Origin: Verrucomicrobiota bacterium | GTDB taxonomy: Bacteria; Verrucomicrobiota; Verrucomicrobiia; Limisphaerales; JAHDYP01 | NCBI GenBank assembly: GCA_046047235.1 | Contig: JBJOII010000001.1 | Coordinates: 31,720-95,719, forward strand | Reading direction: 5' to 3' | Length of the DNA: 64,000 nt | Shown: positions 19,004 through 28,316 of the stretch, piece after piece | How the letters are laid out: each line of letters begins with the position of its first letter | How positions within the stretch are numbered: position 1 is the stretch's first letter | Made by a program: the position numbers and the translations under genes | The notes under the pieces: model-generated | Database searches by the model: none | Seen by the model: the letters and a program-made list of their open reading frames with translations, nothing else | Told to the model about the DNA's origin: nothing

Positions 19004-20656
19004 ATGCGCGAAGCGGCGATTGAGATTGTGCGGCGTTTGCAGGGGGCTGGTTATGAGGCCTACTGGGTGGGGGGGGGCGTACGGGACATGCTGCGGGGCG
19101 TGGAGCCGAAGGACTACGACATTGCCACCTCGGCGCATCCGGGTGAGGTGGAGCGATTGTTTAGGCGCACCGTTCCGGTGGGGCGGGCCTTTGGGGTGGT
19201 GCTGGTGTTGAGCGGGGGGCATCCATTTGAGGTCGCGACCTTCAGGAGTGAGTCGGACTATCGGGATGGGAGGCGTCCTGAGCGGGTGGAATTCAGCAGT
19301 GCGCGCGAGGATGCGAGCCGGCGGGATTTCACTGTGAACGGTTTATTTTTCGATCCGGTCCGGGGGCGGTTGATGGACTGGGTGGGTGGGGAGCGGGATT
19401 TGGCGGAGGGGATTTTAAGGACAATTGGTTCTGCGGCGGAGCGGTTTGCGGAGGATCATTTGCGGTTGCTACGCGCCGTGCGGTTTGCGGTGCAGCTGGA
19501 CTTTAAGATTGAGCCTGAAACTTGGGGAGCGGTGTGTGCTGCGGCGGGGATGATTCGGGGTATTTCAGCGGAGCGGGTGCGGGACGAGTTGCTCAAGATC
19601 CTGCGGCCTCCGCATGCGGCGCGGGGTTTCCAACTGCTTCAGGAGAGCGGGTTATTGGCTGAGGTTTTGCCTGAGTTGGAGGCCACCGTGGGCTGCGAGC
19701 AGTCGCCCGATTTTCATCCGGAGGGGAGCGTCTTCAAGCACATCAGCAAGATGCTGGGGATGCTTCCTTTGGAATCGGGTCCGGAGCTGGTGTGGGCGGT
19801 ATTATTGCATGATGTGGCGAAGCCGGTCACGGCGGTGAAGGAGCCCGGGGAGGGGCGGATTCGCTTTCCTGAGCACGAGCGGGTGGGGGCACAGATGGCA
19901 GCGGGAATCCTGGAAAGACTGCGTTTTCCGCGGAAGTTCATGGATGCCGTGATTGAGTGTGTGCGGTTTCACATGCAATTTCTGGACGCGCCGGCCATGC
20001 GGCGGTCGACCCTGAGGCGGATGTTGATGCGGCCTCATTTTCCTTTGGAGCTGGAGTTGCACCGGCTGGACAGTTTGGGGTCGAACGGACGGATGGAGAC
20101 CTATGACTTTGTGCGGCGGGAGCAGGAGTCCTTTGCGGCGCAGCCGGAGTTGGTGCCGCCGTTGCTTGGGGGTCGGGATCTGATGGCGCTGGGTGTGTTG
20201 CCTGGTCGGGGGATGGGGGAGATGCTGGGGGAGTTGCGTGAACTTCAGCTGCAGGGCGAACTGGGCAACAAGCTTGAGGCGGAGGCGTGGATACGCAAAA
20301 AACTGGCGAAAACCGCAAAATCCTGCTGGCGTTCTGGCGCAGAATGCCCTAGACGCAGTGTTCAACATATGCCCAAAGCACTTACCAAATCCCAGATTGC
20401 GGCAGCAATTGCCGAGAAAGTTGAAATCACCAAGAAGCAGGCGGTGGCCGTGCTGGATACCATCACCGAGCTGGCCTACAAGAATGCCAAGAACTCCTTC
20501 ACTGTTCCCGGACTCGGGAAGCTCGTGCTTGTGAAGCGCAAGGCTCGCACTGGCCGCAACCCCGCGACTGGCGAGACCATCAAGATTCCGGCCAAGAAGG
20601 TCGTGAAGTTCCGCGTTGCCAAGGCGGCTAAGGACGCGATCCTCGGCGGCAAGTAA
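19004..20656 (+). CDS. cca: CCA tRNA nucleotidyltransferase with HD domain; ORF continues in frame through HU
   Basis: VGGGVRD, KDYDIAT, RRDFTVN, EDHLRLLRAVRF, ERVRDEL, LLHDVAK; no stop before the HU ATG at 20369. Confidence 0.88.
   Translation: MREAAIEIVRRLQGAGYEAYWVGGGVRDMLRGVEPKDYDIATSAHPGEVERLFRRTVPVGRAFGVVLVLSGGHPFEVATFRSESDYRDGRRPERVEFSSAREDASRRDFTVNGLFFDPVRGRLMDWVGGERDLAEGILRTIGSAAERFAEDHLRLLRAVRFAVQLDFKIEPETWGAVCAAAGMIRGISAERVRDELLKILRPPHAARGFQLLQESGLLAEVLPELEATVGCEQSPDFHPEGSVFKHISKMLGMLPLESGPELVWAVLLHDVAKPVTAVKEPGEGRIRFPEHERVGAQMAAGILERLRFPRKFMDAVIECVRFHMQFLDAPAMRRSTLRRMLMRPHFPLELELHRLDSLGSNGRMETYDFVRREQESFAAQPELVPPLLGGRDLMALGVLPGRGMGEMLGELRELQLQGELGNKLEAEAWIRKKLAKTAKSCWRSGAECPRRSVQHMPKALTKSQIAAAIAEKVEITKKQAVAVLDTITELAYKNAKNSFTVPGLGKLVLVKRKARTGRNPATGETIKIPAKKVVKFRVAKAAKDAILGGK
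20369..20656 (+). CDS. hup: HU family DNA-binding protein
   Basis: LTKSQI...PGLGKL...RKARTGRNPATGETIKIPAKKVVKF; C-ending codon usage distinct from the surrounding cca. Confidence 0.93.
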   Translation: MPKALTKSQIAAAIAEKVEITKKQAVAVLDTITELAYKNAKNSFTVPGLGKLVLVKRKARTGRNPATGETIKIPAKKVVKFRVAKAAKDAILGGK

Positions 20657-20674
20657 TTCATTACTTTTGCAGCA

Positions 20675-20706
20675 AGAGCAGGGACCTTTCGGTCCCTGCT
20701 TTTTTT
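20675..20706 (+). terminator. Rho-independent terminator after HU
   Basis: agcagggacc-tttc-ggtccctgct followed by a T run. Confidence 0.9.
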
Positions 20707-20788
20707 GTATTTCTGTCTGCCGTTTCAGGGCGAACGCGTGGGTGGATATCTCAGGTTGGAACGGGCGACATGGGGGGCGTGAGGAGAG

Positions 20789-20864
20789 TGGTGGGCCCAG
20801 AGGGATTTGAACCCCCGACCAAACGATTATGAGTCGTCTGCTCTAACCGCTGAGCTATGGGCCC
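20789..20864 (-). tRNA. tRNA with CAT anticodon, most likely tRNA-Ile2 (lysidine-modified); CCA encoded
   Basis: Reverse complement GGGCCCATAGCTCAGCGGTTAGAGCAGACGACTCATAATCGTTTGGTCGGGGGTTCAAATCCCTCTGGGCCCACCA; 76-nt cloverleaf resembling the ileX type, lacks the initiator GGG/CCC anticodon stem. Confidence 0.92.
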
Positions 20865-20932
20865 GGAAGAGGTGGGCCATGCTGGGAAACTGCGCTGCGC
20901 TGGGCAAGGAGAATTGGTGTCCAAATACGACT

Positions 20933-20964
20933 TGCTCCGCGGAACGAGTGGATTCCGCGGAGCA
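20933..20964. terminator. 12-bp stem hairpin downstream of hcp (possible terminator)
   Basis: tgctccgcggaa-N8-ttccgcggagca; weak U-tract. Confidence 0.45.
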
Positions 20965-20991
20965 GTGTGGGAGCAGACTGTGGAGGGATAA

Positions 20992-22674
20992 TTAGACTTC
21001 GACCATTTCCGTTTTGGTTTTGGAACCACCGTTACCGAGGCAGGCGTTGAGGTCGGCATCGACTTCGCCTACTGGCATGAGGTTGAATTTTTCGACCAGC
21101 ACATCGAGCACGGCGGGTGTGATGAAGGCGGGGAGTGTGGGCCCGAGCCGGATATTCCGGATACCGAGGTGCAGGAGGGTGAGCAGGATCGCGACTGCCT
21201 TTTGTTCGAACCAGGACAGGATCATGGAGAGCGGCAGGTCATTGACCCCGCATTTGAAGGCTTCGGCGAGGGCGCCGGCGATCTTGATGGCCGAGTAGGC
21301 ATCGTTGCATTGGCCCAGGTCAAGCAGGCGAGGAATACCGCCGATCGTGCCGAACTCCATTTTATTGAAGCGGAACTTGCCGCAAGCGAGCGTGAGAATC
21401 ACGCAGTCCTGGGGGACCTTTTCGGCGAACTCGGTGTAGTAGTCACGTCCGGTGCGGGCGCCGTCGCAACCTCCGATGAGGAAGAAGCGTTTGATGTCAC
21501 CGTTTTTGACGCCGTTGATGACCTGGTCGGCCACACTGAGCACGGTGTTGTGGCCGAACCCGGTGAGGATGGTTTTATCGGGGCCATCCTCGGTGAAGCC
21601 GGGGGCGGCGAGGGCGGCTTCGATGAGCGGGGTGAAGTCGCGATTTTTGATATGTTGGACACCGGGCCAGGCGACCATACCTGCGGTGAAGATACGGTCG
21701 GAGTAGGAAGTCTGCGGTTCGATGATGCAGTTGGTGGTCATGAGGATTGCGCCGGGGAATTTGGCGAACTCGATCTTCTGATCCTGCCACGCGCCGCCAT
21801 AGTTACCGACGAGGTGCTTGTATTTCTTGAGGTTGGGATAGCCATGGGCGGGGAGCATTTCACCGTGGGTATAGATGTTGATGCCCTTGCCTTCGGTTTG
21901 CTTTAGCAGTTCCTCGAGGTCCTTGAGGTCGTGACCGGAGACCACGATGGCTTTGCCCTTCAGGGGTTCCGTGCGGACGGGTGTTGGGACCGGGTGGCCG
22001 TAGGTTTGGGTATGCGCGGCATCGAGCATCTCCATGACCTGTAGATTAACGGCGCCGCAGGCCATGCTTAGGTTGAACAATCCATCCACGCTTGCTTCCG
22101 TCTCGGCCATGTAAGCCAAAGCCTCCGTAAAGTGGTCGTATACGGAATCAGCTTCACTACCGAGAATCAAAGCATGGTCAGCGTAGGCTGCGGCGCCTTT
22201 GATTCCATAAAGCAAGAGGTCCTGGAGTCCGGTGATATCGGGGCCGAGTTTTTCGCGGCGTTGGAGGACGGACACGGTGCGGCCCTGTTGAAGGAGGCCA
22301 TCGAAGGAGCCGGCGGGTTCCCAGGTGCAGGGGCCGAGGGGGGTTTCGGGAACTTGTCCGGCAGCGGTGGTCGCACCGGTATACAGGTCACGGGCCTTGT
22401 CGCGGATGCCGGCGGCTTCCTGGAGCATTCCAGCGATGCGTTCGGCATCGAAGTTGACGTTGGTGACCGTGGTGAAGAGAGCTTCGAGGATGAACCGGTC
22501 GATGGTGCGGTCCCGTGCGCCGATTTGATGGGCGCGGTGGTTGAATTGCGCGATGCCTTTACAGGCATGGACGAGGAGGTCCTGGAGCACGGCGCTATTC
22601 TCGTCCTTGCCGCAGGTGGCAAACTCGGTGCAGCCCATTCCCCGGGAGGTTTGTTCACATTGATAACAAAACAT
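20992..22674 (-). CDS. hcp: Hybrid cluster protein (hydroxylamine reductase)
   Basis: MFCYQCEQT...C...CGK N-terminus, SGHDL, THGEMLPAHGYP, GGCDG, DLGQCNDAY, SWFEQKA. Confidence 0.97.
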   Translation of the reverse strand: MFCYQCEQTSRGMGCTEFATCGKDENSAVLQDLLVHACKGIAQFNHRAHQIGARDRTIDRFILEALFTTVTNVNFDAERIAGMLQEAAGIRDKARDLYTGATTAAGQVPETPLGPCTWEPAGSFDGLLQQGRTVSVLQRREKLGPDITGLQDLLLYGIKGAAAYADHALILGSEADSVYDHFTEALAYMAETEASVDGLFNLSMACGAVNLQVMEMLDAAHTQTYGHPVPTPVRTEPLKGKAIVVSGHDLKDLEELLKQTEGKGINIYTHGEMLPAHGYPNLKKYKHLVGNYGGAWQDQKIEFAKFPGAILMTTNCIIEPQTSYSDRIFTAGMVAWPGVQHIKNRDFTPLIEAALAAPGFTEDGPDKTILTGFGHNTVLSVADQVINGVKNGDIKRFFLIGGCDGARTGRDYYTEFAEKVPQDCVILTLACGKFRFNKMEFGTIGGIPRLLDLGQCNDAYSAIKIAGALAEAFKCGVNDLPLSMILSWFEQKAVAILLTLLHLGIRNIRLGPTLPAFITPAVLDVLVEKFNLMPVGEVDADLNACLGNGGSKTKTEMVEV

Positions 22675-22783
22675 AGAGTCTTTCTTTCTCGTTCAGATCG
22701 CGAAGCCGACCGCGCCACTCGACTTGGTTGACGTCGCTTTTGTTTGCACGGGAGAACTAAAGCAGAACGGGGAAGTCCTCGAT

Positions 22784-22797
22784 TTGACCTTTGTCAA
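22784..22797. promoter_or_regulatory. Candidate CRP/FNR-family (FNR/DNR/HcpR-like) binding box upstream of hcp
   Basis: TTGAC-CTTT-GTCAA perfect 5-4-5 palindrome resembling TTGAT-N4-ATCAA, about 110 bp before the hcp start. Confidence 0.7.
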
Positions 22798-22932
22798 TTC
22801 GAGGAGAGGAATAAGACAATCCGATCGATACGATCAGGACAGCTGGAAATGCGGAGAGAGGGGCGACGAGCCGGTTCCCTACCCGAGCAAGGCGGGTGCG
22901 AGGAATTGGCGGACGAGACGCCGCGCAGGATG

Positions 22933-22958
22933 CCGCAGGCAGCGGTCGCTGCCTGCGG
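22933..22958. repeat. Perfect 12-bp-arm hairpin in intergenic region
   Basis: ccgcaggcagcg-gt-cgctgcctgcgg. Confidence 0.7.
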
Positions 22959-23048
22959 TGGTTTATTGAGCAGCCTTACTTGGGCGTGGGTCCGCCCGGA
23001 GGCGCATTGAACCCCTTCTCGTCTATTCCGGGACAGTCGGCTGTGAGG

Positions 23049-24350
23049 CTAGAGTTTCCAGCCTTTGCGGTAGCGGTGTTGCACGAACTCAGCGGCCTGT
23101 TTGCAGTTGCGCGCCTGCATTTTGGCGCTATCCCAGTCGATGGCGCAGCCGGTGCGATAGGCGACGTTACCGAGCAGGGCGGCTTCCGTGAGCGGGCCGG
23201 AATAATCGAATGCGCAGGTTGTAGGTTGGCCGGTTTTACAGGCCAGGATCCATTCTGCGTGGTGGCCGATTGAATCGGCGATGAAGGGCGTGGGACGTTG
23301 GAAGTCCTTGTATTGCTCTTCGGGCAGGAGGACGTGGCGGCTGTAGTCGGAGATCAGCTGGCCCTTTTCGCCGATGAACAGAACTCCGCTGTTCCAGGTG
23401 AAGTCGGTTTGGCCTTCCAACAGGTCGTCTGGCTTTTTGCCGCCGTGGTACCAGGTCAATTTCACAGGCGGTTTCTCGCCTCGGGCGGGATAACCGTAGC
23501 GCACGATGAGCCAGGGCGGGGTGGAGTCGGGATGCACGGCGGGGCCGTCCACCACCTCGGCACTGAGCGGATGGCGCAGGTCCAGAGCCCAGTGGGGGAG
23601 GTCCATGAAGTGGCAGCCGAAGTCGGCGAGAGAGCCGCCGCCGAAGGCCCACCAGTTCCGCCATTTGAACGGCACCCATTCCGGGCTGTAGGGTCGGTAT
23701 TCCACGGGGCCGAGCCAGAGGTCGTAGTGGAGATGGGCGGGGACGGGGGGATATTCTGTGGGGAGATCCATGCCGCCGTAGGTGGCTCCGACCCAGACAT
23801 GCACTTCACGGACGGCGCCGATGGCGCCGGACTGGACGAGCTCGACGACGCGGCGGTAGTTGGAGCCGGCATGGATTTGGGTACCGATCTGGGTAACGCG
23901 TTTGTAGCGCCGGGCGGTTTCCGTGACGGCCCGGACTTCAGAGATGGTGTGGGCGAGGGGCTTTTCGCAATAGACGTGGCGACCGCTTTCGAGCGCCCAT
24001 TTGGAGGCGACGGCGTGCACGTGGTCGGGGGTAGCGACGACTACCGCATCGAGGTCGGGCTGTTCCAGCAGGCGGCGGAAGTCATTGTAGCGTTTGGCTT
24101 GCGGGAACCTCTCACCTGCGGCGGCGAGGTAGTTGTCATCGATATCGCAGAGGGCGGCGATGTTTTCCGTGGCCACGTTGGTGAGGTTGAAGTTGCCTTG
24201 GTTGGCGACGCCGACGATACCGATATTGAGCTTATCGTTGGCGGAGAGCCTTCGTCCTTGGGGGACTGTGCTGCAGGAGACCCAGGCCATGGAGCCGGCG
24301 ACGGCGGAAGCCTGTTTCAGGAACGAGCGACGATTTAGGAGCATAGACAT
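23049..24350 (-). CDS. Tat-exported Gfo/Idh/MocA family oxidoreductase
   Basis: NRRSFLK Tat motif, VATPDHVH, HVYCEKPL, TQIGTQ, YDLWLGP, DFGCHFMD. Confidence 0.93.
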   Translation of the reverse strand: MSMLLNRRSFLKQASAVAGSMAWVSCSTVPQGRRLSANDKLNIGIVGVANQGNFNLTNVATENIAALCDIDDNYLAAAGERFPQAKRYNDFRRLLEQPDLDAVVVATPDHVHAVASKWALESGRHVYCEKPLAHTISEVRAVTETARRYKRVTQIGTQIHAGSNYRRVVELVQSGAIGAVREVHVWVGATYGGMDLPTEYPPVPAHLHYDLWLGPVEYRPYSPEWVPFKWRNWWAFGGGSLADFGCHFMDLPHWALDLRHPLSAEVVDGPAVHPDSTPPWLIVRYGYPARGEKPPVKLTWYHGGKKPDDLLEGQTDFTWNSGVLFIGEKGQLISDYSRHVLLPEEQYKDFQRPTPFIADSIGHHAEWILACKTGQPTTCAFDYSGPLTEAALLGNVAYRTGCAIDWDSAKMQARNCKQAAEFVQHRYRKGWKL

Positions 24351-24473
24351 AACGGTGTTAGCGCTGGTGTTGTTGGACCTAGTGAACGGGGGCATTCGAC
24401 TGCAAGTGCGCAGGAATGTCGAGGACTGAGCTTGCGGACTGGTCAAAGCGACCGGGTTGGCGTAGGAACGGGC

Positions 24474-27400
24474 ATGATCAATTCGACCTTGGTAAGGGCT
24501 GGGCTGGCAGGTCTTCGACGGTCAGTGGTGCCGGGTGTTGCGCTGGGTTTAGTTTTGTCGGGAACACTCTTTGCTGATGCGGCTTGGGAGGCGGGTGATG
24601 ACGGGTTGATGCCGAAGGCTGAAACGGGCGTGCTGAGCTTTCTGGACGAGCATCCGGAGTATGATGGGCGTGGTGTAGTCGTCGCGGTTTTCGACACAGG
24701 GATTGATCCGGGTGCGGCAGGGCTGCAGCGCACGCCGGACGGCAGGGTGAAGATCATTGATGTAGTGGATGCGACGGGGAGTGGTGACGTGGACACCTCC
24801 ACGGTAATTGAGGCGGAGGATGGCAGGCTGGCAGGACTGAGTGGCAGGACCCTGCAATTGGGGTCCGGATGGAGCAATCCGACGGGGAGTTACCATGTGG
24901 GCTTGAAGCCTGCGTTTGAAATCTTTCCTGACAGCCTGGTGTCACGCATTCGCGGGAAGAGGGCGGAACAGATGGCGCCGGTGCAGCGTGAAATGAGGAC
25001 GAAGTTGCGTCGGCAACTGGAGTCATGGGATGACGAGCACCGATCCCCGACCGAGCAGGAGCGCAAGGAGCGGGACGATTTGGAGGAGCGACTGAGCCAG
25101 CTGGAGTCTTTGGCGGGTTCATTGCCTGATCCCGGGCCCATGCTGGACTGTGTGGTATTTCACGACGGGGAGGTTTGGCGGGCGGTGATTGATACTGACG
25201 AGGATGGTGATCTGGGGGACGAGCGGTTGATGGCGGACTATCATCGCGAGCATCAGTGGGCGAGTTTCGGCGAGGAGACGATGTTGAACTTTGCGGTGAA
25301 CATCTATGAGGAGGGGCGGGTGCTTTCGATTGTGGCGGACAGCGGAATGCATGGGACACACGTGGCGGGGATTGTGGGGGCGTATTATCCAGAGTCACCT
25401 GAGCTGAACGGGATGGCGCCGGGCGCGCAGCTGGTATCCGTGAAGATTGGCGACACCCGGCTGGGCGGGATGGAAACATCGACGGGATTCGAGCGCGGTC
25501 TCGCGGTGGTTCGTCGTCACGGGTGTGACATCATCAACTTGAGTTATGGCGAACCGACCACGGCGCCGAACTCGGGCCGCATTCCGGAGTTACTGACGGA
25601 GCTTGTCCGGGAGGACGGGGTTATTTTCATTTCATCGGCGGGCAACGCGGGGCCTGCGATGTCGACAGTGGGAGCGCCGGGAGGCACGACCAGCGCCTTG
25701 ATTGGGGTGGGCGCGTATGTTTCGCCGGCGATGATGGAGCGCGGGTATTCCATGCGGTCGGGTTTGGCTGAGACGCACTACACGTGGACTTCGCGGGGGC
25801 CGACGGCGGATGGCGACTGGGGGGTGAACATCTCGGCGCCCGGGGGTGCCATATCTCCGGTTCCGACGTGGACCCTGCAGCGGAGCATGATGGCGAACGG
25901 GACATCGATGGCTTCACCGAATGCGGCGGGTTGCGTTGCGCTGCTGGTATCTGGATTAAAGGCGGAGGGGCTTCCTTACACGCCATGGAGCGTACGGTTG
26001 GCGTTGGAGAACACAGCTCGAGCTATTCATGGCATGGAAGTGTTTACGCAGGGCCAGGGGTTGATCGATGTGGTGAGTGCCTACGAATGGCTGCGGGAGA
26101 CGGGGGCAGCATGGGCAGATCAGCCGGCAGTGGATGTGCGGATTCCGTCGCTGCACAATGCAAGGGGGATTTACCTGCGGGAGCCACAGATGGTGCGGGA
26201 ACCGGTGGCGGTTTCCGTCCAGGTGAGTCCGGTATTTCCGAAGGACGAACCCAACCCGGATCGTGTTGGGTACGAGAGGCGTTATCGGCTGGAGAGCACC
26301 GCGGACTGGGTGGAATCGGCGGCGAGCCTGTTATTGGTTCATGGGGGACGGTCCTTTGACGTGAAGGTGCACCCCGAGGGGCTTGCGTGGGGGGTGCACA
26401 CGGCGGAGGTGTTGGGGTATGACGTTCTTGGCGGGGAGGATGCCGGTCCGGCCTTCCGGGTTCCGGTCACGGTGGTGCGGAGCATGGAAGTTGAGGAGCG
26501 GGGCGGGACTTTATGGAATGCTGAAGTGCATCTGGAACCCGGGGATGTTCAGCGGCTCTTTTTTGAAGTTCCGGCCGGGGCGACCTGGGCGGAGTTCAGG
26601 CTGACGGCTGGCGAACTGGAGGAGACGTTCCGGCTGGTATTGCATGCGCAACAGATCCTGGACGGCAAGCTGGCTTCCGAGACTGGTGCGAACCGTCGGT
26701 TGTCCTTTGAATCGAACGAGGCGAACACGGTGACCTTTGGGGTTGCGGAGGGGCATACCTTGGAGGTTTGTCTGGCGAGCTATTGGTCGACGCAGGGTGC
26801 GGGTGATTTTGAGGGGAGACTGGAGTTTTATGGTGTGGCACCCGAATCGGAGACCTTATTCCTGGATGGCGCTGCCAGGGCGACGTTGACGAGCGTGACG
26901 GCGGGACTGCGCGAGACGCGGCTACAATTACGGGGGCAGTTGAACCGTCGGTTGCGGACCATGACACCATCGGCGGCGGCGCTTACGCCACTGGACGCCG
27001 AGCGGGACGGGCTGCCGGAGAACCGGCAGATTCATCAGCTGGTATTGGAGTATGGGTTTCACCTGGATGCTGACACCACCGTGCGGCCGCGTTTCCCGGC
27101 GTTGAACGGCCGTTTGTACGATGGCGAGTTCGGGTCCCAGCTCTGGATGATCTTCGACGCGCAGAAGCGGTGGATCACGACGGACGATGGTTGGGAGCCC
27201 GGGCCGGTTCGATTGGAGAAGGGCGACTACGTGTTGCGGTTTCATTTGCGTCATGAGGAGGCTGGAGAGCTGAAGGAACTCGAGGAGCTGCCCATGGTGT
27301 TGGAAGAGACCTTGGGTTCGCCGATCGGCCTGGTTGTGTCCTCCAGTGCTGATGCTTTGCTGAAAGGGACTTCATCAGCAGTGGGGCAGTCGTTGGCCAA

Positions 27401-28316
27401 GGGTGAGCGGGCAGCGTTCTGGCTGGCGCCGTCGGATCCGGGAAAGCTCAGTGCAGCGGGAGCGCCGGGGGATATTCTGGCGGGCAGCATTCAATACGAG
27501 GCTGGCGGATCAGCGCCGTCGTATCCCGTTTTCGCGTCTATCCCGCCTGCGGTGAAATCGGGCGGGAGCGGATCGAATTCGCCGTCAAAGGAGAAGCTGA
27601 CGCCTGAGGAGGAATATGAGCGCGACCTGCGGGAGTGGAAGGTAGCCCGGCTGAAACGGTTGGGCGCCGCGAACAAGGGAGACGCTTTTGAGGCTCTTTA
27701 CTCGGAGTTGCTGGCGGAGGATGCAGAGCAACTGGAGGTGCATGAGGCGCGGCTGCACTGGATTGACAATGATGAACGGAAGGCGCGGCTGGCTTCCGTG
27801 GTGGAGGCGGCGAATGCGGTATTGGCGCGGATTGACACGACCGCGCTGGCGACCGGGCTGGGCAGGCGCACGAACCCGGAGGATTCCGAAGCGACGACCT
27901 TGACCAAGGAGCTGAACGAAAAGAAGGGCGTATTGATTGATGCGCTGTATCGCAAGGGCCGGGCACTGGCGTGGATGGAGCTGCCTGACGAGGGCGGGGC
28001 GGATGAGAGTGCCGAGCCCCCGTTTGAGTCGGACACCATTGAGAAGCTCTTTGAAGCGAACTATGCGGAGCTGATGCGCTGGGTTGAACCTGAGGATGCG
28101 CGAGTGATTCTGCTGACCATTCGGCGCGAGTGGCGCCAAGGACGACTGGGTGAGGCGTTGCGGTTGCTGCAGGTAGAAATTGGGCGGCAGCCGACGAGTC
28201 GCAAGCTGTTGGAGAAGCGGATTCGTTTGTTGGACGAGCTGGGCTGGGAACAGCTGGCTGAGCGCGAGAGGATGCGGCTTCTGTTGAGTTATCCGACTGG
28301 CTACGCCCTCTTCTGA
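24474..28316 (+). CDS. Tripeptidyl-peptidase II-like S8 serine peptidase
   Basis: YDGRGVVVAVFDTGIDPGAAGLQ, DATGSGDVDTS, HGTHVAGI, KIGDTRLG, YTWTSRGP, NGTSMASP; long insert between catalytic Asp and His; TPPII-like C-terminal domains. Confidence 0.9.
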   Translation: MINSTLVRAGLAGLRRSVVPGVALGLVLSGTLFADAAWEAGDDGLMPKAETGVLSFLDEHPEYDGRGVVVAVFDTGIDPGAAGLQRTPDGRVKIIDVVDATGSGDVDTSTVIEAEDGRLAGLSGRTLQLGSGWSNPTGSYHVGLKPAFEIFPDSLVSRIRGKRAEQMAPVQREMRTKLRRQLESWDDEHRSPTEQERKERDDLEERLSQLESLAGSLPDPGPMLDCVVFHDGEVWRAVIDTDEDGDLGDERLMADYHREHQWASFGEETMLNFAVNIYEEGRVLSIVADSGMHGTHVAGIVGAYYPESPELNGMAPGAQLVSVKIGDTRLGGMETSTGFERGLAVVRRHGCDIINLSYGEPTTAPNSGRIPELLTELVREDGVIFISSAGNAGPAMSTVGAPGGTTSALIGVGAYVSPAMMERGYSMRSGLAETHYTWTSRGPTADGDWGVNISAPGGAISPVPTWTLQRSMMANGTSMASPNAAGCVALLVSGLKAEGLPYTPWSVRLALENTARAIHGMEVFTQGQGLIDVVSAYEWLRETGAAWADQPAVDVRIPSLHNARGIYLREPQMVREPVAVSVQVSPVFPKDEPNPDRVGYERRYRLESTADWVESAASLLLVHGGRSFDVKVHPEGLAWGVHTAEVLGYDVLGGEDAGPAFRVPVTVVRSMEVEERGGTLWNAEVHLEPGDVQRLFFEVPAGATWAEFRLTAGELEETFRLVLHAQQILDGKLASETGANRRLSFESNEANTVTFGVAEGHTLEVCLASYWSTQGAGDFEGRLEFYGVAPESETLFLDGAARATLTSVTAGLRETRLQLRGQLNRRLRTMTPSAAALTPLDAERDGLPENRQIHQLVLEYGFHLDADTTVRPRFPALNGRLYDGEFGSQLWMIFDAQKRWITTDDGWEPGPVRLEKGDYVLRFHLRHEEAGELKELEELPMVLEETLGSPIGLVVSSSADALLKGTSSAVGQSLAKGERAAFWLAPSDPGKLSAAGAPGDILAGSIQYEAGGSAPSYPVFASIPPAVKSGGSGSNSPSKEKLTPEEEYERDLREWKVARLKRLGAANKGDAFEALYSELLAEDAEQLEVHEARLHWIDNDERKARLASVVEAANAVLARIDTTALATGLGRRTNPEDSEATTLTKELNEKKGVLIDALYRKGRALAWMELPDEGGADESAEPPFESDTIEKLFEANYAELMRWVEPEDARVILLTIRREWRQGRLGEALRLLQVEIGRQPTSRKLLEKRIRLLDELGWEQLAERERMRLLLSYPTGYALF

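Noticed and set aside
22861-22882. Possible GTAG-type REP remnant (minus strand GTAGGGAACCGGCTCGTCGCCC)
   Set aside because: Single degenerate copy with a poor stem; insufficient support.
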